A model generated the notes under the pieces. The model made no database searches and was not told the DNA's origin. It worked only from the letters and a program-made list of their open reading frames with translations. A stretch of 63,320 bases of DNA, counting the filler, from Bipalium vagum (Eukaryota): the NCBI GenBank assembly GCA_037834085.1. It is 3 parts of 3 records of this genome, joined end to end, with 100 filler letters (N's around TTAATTAATTAA, not from the genome) between each part and the next. Parts side by side here need not be neighbours in the genome. Positions count along the whole stretch, not along the records: positions 44,277 to 63,320 come from JBBMKC010012741.1; 2 more parts are not named here. One strand, written 5' to 3'. The position numbers were made by a program, and so were the translations under genes. Positions 54,606 to 63,320 of the stretch are shown here, one piece after another (position 1 is the first letter of the stretch; each line of letters opens with the position of its first letter).

Positions 54606-55920
54606 ATAAAATATATCTATACGCCAAAATCCTTTGCAGGAGCTGGTGTTACTTCTGTTGTTGACGAATATTTGGTTCAGTCGATCACAAATGTGTTCCA
54701 GCTGTTTAACTCTGCAGATCAAAATATCCGACACAAATGCTATCAAAATTGTTGGTGGAGAAAAACCAGTTCCGCAAATAATCAATTGCAAATGAGACAC
54801 AAGATATCGGTCAAATTCCAGATCAACTAAAATGGAATTTGCCTCAATGTTTTCCAACAACTTAATCCAGGCTACAAAAATGAGGCACTTGTCAAACCAA
54901 AGAATGCCAAGTTGATTTCCAAAATACTTCATAATCTTATCGATAATTCATGGAATTTCAACTGGAATAATCAATCAAGTGCTGTTCGCTTCGCGTCTTC
55001 AATTGGCCAATCATCAATCTCCACAAGACTTATATTCAATGGCGAAATTTCCATCTCTGCATGTTATTCCATACATAGATCCAGATCATACTCTAACCAA
55101 ATCAATGCTCGACACGAATCACCATTCAGAGGATACTGAAGATGTGATGAACCAGAGGAAACTCTATCCCATGTTCTAGTCGGCTGTGATCAGTCGAAAA
55201 TATTTCAGATCTGTCGTCACAATACCATCCAAGACTATCTCGCTGAACAGATCAAATCAAACACAACGGCTAAAGTGTTTGTCAACGCAGAGAACTAATA
55301 TATCAACTCTACGCAACGAGTGGATCTTCAAATTGAATTCACCAATCAAAAACGTCTTCTCATAGACGTCAAATACCCTTATGACACCGAAAACAACATG
55401 TTTTGGAATCATGAGAAAAATCTCAGGCATTGTGAAGATCTGCTCAACAAAACTAAAGAAGCATTGCCGCAATGGAAAATAATTTTGGATATATTTGCCG
55501 TTTGATGCCTGGAATCATGGCAAATGCGGAATGACGATAATCTCAAAAAGCTGCAGTTCTCAAAACGCAAATCAACCGAAATCGGAAAATTCTGCGTATC
55601 TTCGAATATCAAATGGAGTACACCTCAGTGGAACTTTCATCGGAATGTCGGAAAGCTGAAGATGAATCAATCTGAATTGGACGATAATGCCAATGATGAA
55701 CCACAAAGCCAGACAGACGACAATGATGACAGACAAAATCTGACTGATTGTGAAGGCGAACTAATATAAAACTGTGACTGATTTAACAATCCTGAATTAT
55801 GTGATAATTTTTTTTCTTTTCTTTTATTTTGTAAAAATCTTATGCTAGGCTCACAGAAATGTGTAATTGATTTATGTTAAACTATATGTAAAAACTTGTT
55901 GTGAAAATACAATTTTGTTC
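54606..55920 (+). mobile_element. 5'-truncated non-LTR retrotransposon with restriction-like endonuclease (R5/NeSL/R2-group), inserted in tRNA-Ala
   Basis: RT thumb YIYTPKSFAGAG; IHRSR; degenerate CCHC knuckle RCDEPEETLSHVLVGC; RHNTI; RVDL...LIDVKYPYD (PD-(D/E)xK type); FAV-CLESW..N..L; ORF ends 55769, then ~150-bp 3' UTR; stops and frameshifts present. Confidence 0.88.
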
Positions 55921-55941
55921 GTTCGAATCCCGGTATCTCCG
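55921..55941 (+). tRNA. 3' part of the interrupted tRNA-Ala gene
   Basis: G-TTCGAAT-CCCGG-TATCTCC-G: B-box/T-loop plus acceptor 3' strand pairing with GGGGATG (includes G3:U70); TTTT at 55947-55950 may be the Pol III terminator. Confidence 0.85.
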
Positions 55942-56223
55942 ATTAATTTTCAGATAACAGTATTGTTTCGCATCAAAATTCTACAGAAAAATAAATTATA
56001 CGACTGAAAAAGAATTTTTTGTGGTAATTAATAATTTCGGGGAAAATTATTTTAAAAATTATTGATAAGTTAAAGAAAAAAACAGAGATTACCTCATATA
56101 ATGGAGAAATCAGAATTAATGATATACAAATATTGAATGCATAGTTGACTCAGTAGTTGTCAGGATTTTAATATAGTTCTAAAGAATTGTCCTTGAATGA
56201 TTCAGATTTTTTTTAATTATAAC

Positions 56224-56592
56224 TGTTATATTATTTTTCTCATACTGAGTATCAATTGATAGAAAAAGTTAAATTATAATTCCTATAACCAATTTGCTAC
56301 ATTTTATATCTAACCTTAGGCTCAAACTTTACTGACCCTTCACTTATTGTTATTAACGTCTTGTTATGCGAATAAATCAAAATAATCACAGTAAACTTTC
56401 TCTGTTTACTCCAAAACTGTATCAACACTTTCAATTTCACAAAATAATGAATGTTTACAATTTATCACCACAAACGAACCAGAATTTTCAATATTAGGAA
56501 TGATCACCAAATGTAAAACAATTAAATCAATAACACTCAAATAAAATGGTCAAATGGTAATAAAAATAACCTAACCAATAGTTATGATAACA
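56224..56592. mobile_element. Probable solo LTR
   Basis: Bounded by tgttat...ataaca inverted termini; internal similarity to 17572-17852; no clear TSD. Confidence 0.4.
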
Positions 56593-57604
56593 CACAAATT
56601 TTTTTCAGTAAAATTATAAGATAAAAATCATTAATTAATAAGAATTAGATGATAAAATGTTTACACAAAAAGAAAAGTAAAAACAATCAAAGGAACGATT
56701 CATAAACTGCAGTCCATGGGTCATTGAGTCATATCCTAGACTGAAACCGGTACACATAAGGACGACCAAGAATGACAAGACTCATCTTAGAATCCTTTCA
56801 CATCATAATAATTAGTATATAATCTTGAACAAATAAATAAAGTCTCGGTTCTTCCGATAATAACGAATACTCAGGAGTTGGCCAATTACTACATGAGAAA
56901 ATTTTATTCTCCCTTTACTCAAAAAATTTCAAAAAACATTCCCTAAATGCGAACTTTATCTAATCTTCACGAGATAAAAAAGCAGAATTTTATTTTTATA
57001 ATTATTTTATTACTATAGGAAACTATTATTATTCAGACTATATTTTAGTCTTTAATTATTCCATTTTGAACTTTTAATCAGGGTTATGCCTTTTGCGAAC
57101 CAAATATATATATAGTTTTACCTAAGCAAAGGTATAATGTAAATATGTAAGCTCAAATGCTCTTTACAAATTATATAGATAGTGATATCATTAATAATCT
57201 GCTATAGACAGAAATAATAGTTTAAAAAATGGTACAAAATAATGGATTTGTCATAATTTAAAATTCTATAGTTGAATTTTTTTTAATATTAAAAATTAAA
57301 TTACTAAACTTGTAAAATTTAAATAGAAACATTCTCTAATAGCTTACATAGATATCATAACAATCAACTGCAGAAAATCTAATTTTTAATATCTTCAATT
57401 AGTAAATAAAAACATCACAATCCTATAAATTATCTTAGGGGCTATACATGTTGGGATGACCAAAGGCACAAACCCGTTGACAATAATAATAGTAATAAAA
57501 TATTAATTAATAGTGTAGAAATAAATAATGGCGACAGGGATAATAATGGTAATAACAGTAATAATAACAATAATAATAATAAAAATAAGTCTCGGCGTCG
57601 AGGC

Positions 57605-57840
57605 TATGAGGTGAGATTATTAATTTTTTTGTATTTGAGGAGAATAGAATTAAACTTCGTCATCGGAGTAATTAATCCCTTTATCTAACTTTTTCTTGGA
57701 GTATACACCCATTGAACTATAATATGAGGTGAGATTATTAATTTTTTTGTATTTGAGGAGAATAGAATTAAACTTCGTCATCGGAGTAATTAATCCCTTT
57801 ATCTAACTTTTTCTTGGAGTATACACCCATTGAACTATAA
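57605..57840. repeat. Perfect 118-bp tandem duplication (2 copies)
   Basis: 57605-57722 is identical to 57723-57840. Confidence 0.93.
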
Positions 57841-58306
57841 TATATTTCGGTTGAATTCGATATCACTACAGGTCTTTTGTCAAGGTTAATTTAATTTTTC
57901 TTTTGTCATACAACTTTTTTTAGAATCCAGACTTACTGATTGTTTTAATTAGTGGAGCGCTTAAAATTTAAATAATATGCTATGCAGTTACAAAAGTAAA
58001 GATAAAAATTAGTATTACTTTGATATTAAATTAATCATTTAAAACAAAAACAAAATGCTGCAGCTATATCGAATGAGATCCTATATTTCAACTTAAAACA
58101 AGTCTTTAAAAATTACAAATTCTCAAGTTAAAATAAATATCAGTCAAAATTTTAAAAAAATCAAAATATTTTCCTAAACTGTAATTGTTACGTTTTATGC
58201 TTCAAAATTCAAGCGTTAACATGCTCTCCTTTCTCTCAGTTTTCATATAATTTCTGAACAAATTAAATGTAAAAATCGTATTCTCAAATAGGATTAAATA
58301 TATGTT

Positions 58307-59611
58307 TTATTTTATAGAATCAATGAAATGTGAACTTTCAAAAATGAATTTCAATAATTCATCGGAAATCAATTGCAACTTTTGACATCGAGAATCACTG
58401 GATATCATTTTCAGCACACTGAGTGCTGATTGGACGTCATTCATATCCAATTGAATGTTTTGTCTATCCCAGTTTATTTTAGTAGGCCAATTGCTTGATA
58501 ATCGAAAGAAAACGTGATTGAAAAAAATTCGCATCGTTGAGATTTTAGCAGAATCCGAATCAGAAATTTCTTCGATTGCTATATCGCTGATCTTAAGTAT
58601 TTCTTTTAATCGCTTATAAATGATGAATTCGGCCATGGCAATAAATTCTTCAAAATTCATGCCACTATAAGCTTTTAAGCATTCCTAAAACTGTTTTAGA
58701 TTTAAATAACTTTTAATGAAATAGACTTGGCACTGTTCGATATATCCTGGTGTATTTTTGACGTCTTCTGTCTCTCTTTCTATGTCATCTAGCTGCTTAC
58801 TCAGGTGGTGCCACGACATGCTGACATTGAATCCATTGAGCCAATTGTGATTTATTGATATGCAATCAGTGATGTTCTCGACCTGGTGATACCATCCACT
58901 GGGAACAAACATTATTTCACCTTCTTCTTGAATAACTTCGATATAAGGCACATCTTTCAAATCAGAAACCGAAATAATATTGTTTACGACTCCAGAACTG
59001 TTAGGATCAAATCCTGGAGGAATCATTATCCATCTTTTTTTCCCGGATATATTTGCAGACCAACTATACGATTTAAAAACATCAAAATGCATCCCTGTCC
59101 ATGTACCCTTTACACCAATATATACAAATCGATAATCATCAATGACATCCTTTCTGATATCAAAAAATTCATTTAACCAATCTCTTGTAAAATGAGGAAG
59201 TAACATAAACATCCTTGAAGTATTTGGCTTACTTAGAAAAAAATGCCAATCCTTTAGATACAATATTCTTTCATCTAATCCATTGTGAAAATTTTCCCAG
59301 TATGATATAAAATCTCTGATGCAAATTTCATATTTCAAATGTGAATCAAAATAAAAAGCTTTACAATCAGAAACATTTACCATATCACATAAATCATTGA
59401 ATTGAAAAATTTCTTCAAAACTAATATTTTCGTTCGTTTTCCAGGACTTAATACATTCCCAATTTTCAGTAAATATGTTTTTAAAAATACACGGTTTATT
59501 CTTTTTTAAATAGCTGTAAAAAGTATTATACATTTTTATTATATTTAACAAAACTAACTTTAGATAAAAATCTTCCACGGATATGCTTGAAATTCTTTTA
59601 ATAGAAATCAT
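58307..59611 (-). CDS. JMJD4: JmjC-domain 2OG/Fe(II) oxygenase JMJD4, ~405 aa; exons 59611-59559, 59513-58727, 58684-58307
   Basis: NKPCIF, LYLKDWHF, DWLNEF, DDYRFVYIG..GTWTGMHFDVFKSYSWSANISGKKRW, FVPSGWYHQVEN..DCISINHNWLN. GT-AG introns of 45 and 42 bp restore EQCQECLKAYSGMNFEEF. Confidence 0.93.
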
Positions 59612-60249
59612 TTTTCCACATTAATAATAAATTATTTAATTTTATATTTAACTTTATAATGAAATATGTATAAACATATATTTAGTATAGTTGCTGGTTT
59701 TATAATTGACAGATTAAATGTACTATTTAAACTTTTATTTATGATTAATTTTAAAATTATCTAAATGTAATATTTAAACACATTTAATAATGATGGTTTA
59801 ATAAATGGTTTGAAGTTCTAACATTCAAATAATCATTAAAAGTTTAGAAATATAAACTATTAATTATTTGTCAAATTAATATTTTTGGATCCTAAACAGA
59901 TTAAATTTTGTTTCCAAATTTAATTTGCAAAATTAAATTTTGTCAACCTGACACCATCTTGAGTTCAGTGATCAGCTTCGAAGCAATAATTTTTTTGTAC
60001 TCCAATCTTCAAGACATTCTAGCTTGATAGTATATTCCTTTAATAATAAAAATAACTTTATCTCGAAAATGAGTAATTTTATTAAAAAAAGTAACTTTGT
60101 TTGGACGTCCAGATAACACATAATTCTTATAATTAAAGAGTTATTGTAGGAAATAGCCTTCCAAAAGTAGACATTGAATCTAATATTGGGTAGTTCAGAA
60201 ATTCACTTCGCTTTGTTATACCTATTGTTTGGATCTACAGCAAAACTGA

Positions 60250-63214
60250 TTAGAAAAACCATACTGAACCAACACAAACCTCAAAGAAAAGCTTCCAGGC
60301 TTCAAAGAACCTCAGGAGCTAATGGAGAAAAATAGTACCTCTCCAAAAAATAATTAATGAAATTTAGGAACAAGTTGATAATCACAGCGCAGCTGTAAAC
60401 ACCGAAGCTGTACAAACTGATGAACAAAAATCAGGAGGAGTACGCGAAGCTCACACCGCTAAAGGTGGAGTTTTACCACTTATGCCAATTCTTGGTGCTA
60501 TCTTTGCAGGTTTAGGAGCAGCTAGTGGGGTTGCAGATGGTGTTGCAACAACTGATCAAAAAGTAAAAGAAAGTCAGAAAACTAATTTGGAAAAAAATTA
60601 CTAATGGAAATAGAAAAGTTGAAGCCAAAAACAAAGTTCTAGGAAACAAAGCTTCCACATCTGAAACAACTTAAGCAGGACTTTTTATGATCCTTATTTT
60701 GGCAAAGGATTAAAGGATACAATTTTAAATAGTTCAGAATATAACAGAAAACAGAAAGAAAAGAATTAAAGGAATTATTAAGGAAAATGTGTAAAAATAA
60801 AATCAAAATTATCAAACAGGGAAATGGTTTATATTTTGATCTCTATGAGAAAAATAATTAGAATTTTCCCAACTCAAAATCTTTTCTCAAATTTTTTTAT
60901 AAAAATGCAAGACTCGATTCGATTTTCAAAAATTAACTCTTTTACGAAGCAAAGCTTCAAGACCATTCTGGTCGCTTTTAGAGTTTTTATATAAATATGG
61001 AATTAACTTAACAACAAATTTTGATTTAATTGATATTGCTGAAGATTTAGAAATCCCTCTAAAAGTTTTAATGCGAGATAAAGTCACAGAAAAAATTCCA
61101 TCCAAAGGATTAAACAGCATAGATGTGCCTTTAATTATTAATTATCAAAATACAAATCAAAAAGGAATTCATTGGTTTGGTTATTACGCACCAAAGGTGC
61201 GTGAGACGAAGCTGTATAAAAATTTTTACTTTCATTCTTATGGTTTACCACCACTTAAAGATTTAGAAAAATATGTTAAAGAATATATTGAACTTGATTT
61301 TCAATCTGAAGCAGATTTAGAATATTGTGGACAATTAACTTTATATGTTTTATATCAATTACTTAAGGGAAAAAAATTTGATGAAATTTTAGAAGAGTTG
61401 AAATATGTTATTTTTGATAAGTTAAAATTAAAAAATTAAAATTAAATAAAAATTGAAAATTTTAATCAAAGACTCGCTTTTGAAACCAGGTTTCAGATGA
61501 TCAAGTATTTGTTAATATCGCTAAAAATGGAGAATATATTTATTCAAAATCACCTTATCAATTTAATATGAATAATAAAAATGAGGTTAAAGAATAAATT
61601 GACTTTATTAGAGATGAAAAAGAAAATAAATTTTTAAATGTTATAGGATATTCTATGAAAGGAATTTTAAATGTGAATAATAATAAAATAATAAATGTTC
61701 CTGAACCAATAAATGAAAATGATGTTGTAAATTCAAAATACGTGAAGGAACACTTCACAAAGATTTCAGCTGATTTAAAATAGTTTTCAAAATCTATTCT
61801 ATGTCAAATTCATATAAATAAAAATTTTGCTAAAATAAATATAATTCCCTTTTCTTTACTATTCAAAATCAATAAAATATTTGAAGAAGAAAAAATTAAG
61901 ACATTAATAAGAATTGAGGAAATCGAAAAAGAAATATCACAAAGATCTAGAAATGAAACTTGATAAAAAATATGGAAAATTTAAAACAAAAGTTTTATCA
62001 TTTATTGAAACATTTTAAAAATGACATTAAAAGATTCTAATGCAAAAGATTTGAAGACCATAGAAAATAATAATAAATATGTAAATGATGCAATCATAAA
62101 AATAACAAAAGAATCTGAAGGTTCAGAAATTAATAAATAATATTAAAATAAAATTAAAATCATTTCTTGCAATTGATGATCATAAGAAAATATATGAAAA
62201 ATTAAATCCTTTTTCTTGGAGATCATATTGGAAATCTTTTACATCTGGAATTAATACTGAAAAGACAACCTCTGGTCTGTTAAAAATTTATAAAACTAAT
62301 ATTGGACATTTTCAAGGAGAGTTAAGAACAGAAATAAAAGATGCAAGCTCTGCTCTTGAAACCAAAGGTTTCGAATTTACATTTTTTTTATTTGCAGAAA
62401 AAATCAATTATGAAATTGATAATATTTTTAATTTTGGAACAACAAATAATTATCATGTTTTTGGTTGGTATAATACTTATATGAATTATTTTATGGTTAA
62501 TGGAAGACCTCTTGGAAAAACTTTTGTTCAAGAAAAAAAATATACAGGATTTGATTTAATATTTTTAGATTGTAATAATTCATTCAAATTTAAATTACAT
62601 TCAAATTTTTTTTATAATTCAGTAGAAAAATATTCAACAATTTTTCCATCAAGTGGTAATTATAAATTTAGATTTAATTCAGCAAATATTAAAATTTATG
62701 AGATTATAGTTTTTCATAAAGTTTAATTAAACAATCAACTGAAAGAAATTGAAGTTTTTATGAAAAGGTTTTATCCGAATATAAAATATGATGTAAAATT
62801 TTAAAATTTGTTTTTAAAAATGGAAATTGAAAAAATTGAAAAACCAACTGCTCCTATTTTTCATGTTTTACAAAACAATTTCGCCTGTGAAGATGATGAA
62901 GGAATCTCTAATAAATTAATTAATCCAGCGAAGATTTTTGATAATCCTATTATCACGTAATTGGAAAAAAAATAGAAAATTTTATGAATGAGAAAAAAGT
63001 ATTAGGAGATTTACTAACTCATTATAAAAAGTTAAAATTTAAATATACTAATATACTAAATATACTAAAATAGATTCAAAATTAAAAATTGGAAGTAATG
63101 TAATAGCAGAAATTTTAGGAGCTAGAACAGCAATTATGACTGGTGTTTCAACTTTAGGTATTGAATTATTAATTTATATTTCTGTTACAACTGGTATTTT
63201 AGGAGCTGTAAATG
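60250..63214 (+). mobile_element. Degraded Polinton/Maverick (adintovirus-like) segment
   Basis: Co-oriented, densely packed remnants: pX-like GG-VLP hydrophobic peptide, GxGLY repeats, adenain-like protease, fibre-like motif, hydrophobic ORF remnant. Confidence 0.75.
60903..61439 (+). pseudogene. Adenain-family (Polinton PRO) cysteine protease
   Basis: LTTNFDLIDIAEDLEIP..VLMRD, IINY....GIHW, YFHSYGLPP, Q....YCGQL. Frame is open upstream of the annotated ATG; the likely start (60905) is out of frame; catalytic Asp of YFDSFG appears as His. Confidence 0.8.
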
Positions 63215-63216
63215 TA

Positions 63217-63320
63217 CAATGCCGTCCATATGTTTTGGGCCATCTCTAAAATTTCGATAAAATGATGAAAATATATAATTATAAGTACTTTAATCCTGTC
63301 TATATTTAAATATATGATAG
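63217..63320 (+). mobile_element. Possible left end of a Tc1-like element
   Basis: TA-caatgccgtccatatgttttgggcc resembles Tc1 CAGTG-type termini and interrupts the Polinton-like ORF. Confidence 0.3.

Noticed and set aside
54558-55941. Interpreting the 1.3-kb insert as a tRNA intron or self-splicing intron
   Set aside because: It is not at the canonical 37/38 position, part of the T-stem is deleted, and the insert is a truncated non-LTR retrotransposon 3' end
57605-57840. CRISPR-like array
   Set aside because: Only two abutting 118-bp copies, no spacers, eukaryotic context; no CRISPR array was seen anywhere in the window
25710-63214. Stop-codon reassignment to explain the many interrupted ORFs
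   Set aside because: Host genes read cleanly with the standard code, and the interrupted ORFs also contain frameshifts, as expected for decay

Overview
Very AT-rich eukaryotic (animal) DNA, probably a flatworm or other spiralian (inferred from the innexin and retroelement types). Two identical 100-bp N-TTAATTAATTAA-N linkers (17853-17952, 44177-44276) show it is three contigs joined artificially. Well-supported host genes: an innexin (2 exons), an anion-type Cys-loop channel with an unusual pore helix, and JMJD4 (3 exons). There is also a probable EFHB-like gene fragment. The short introns are only 42-48 bp. Most of the rest is decayed mobile DNA: more than a dozen Tc1/mariner copies, hAT (Buster-like and CGGBP-like) remnants, a Merlin element nested in a hAT, Gypsy fragments, and a degraded Polinton/Maverick (adintovirus-like) segment at the right end. 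The most notable observation is a tRNA-Ala gene split at the T-arm by a 1315-bp, 5'-truncated non-LTR retrotransposon with a restriction-like endonuclease (R5/NeSL type). This suggests a tRNA-Ala-targeting site-specific retroelement family. All family assignments come from reading motifs by eye; no searches were run, and boundaries of decayed elements are approximate.
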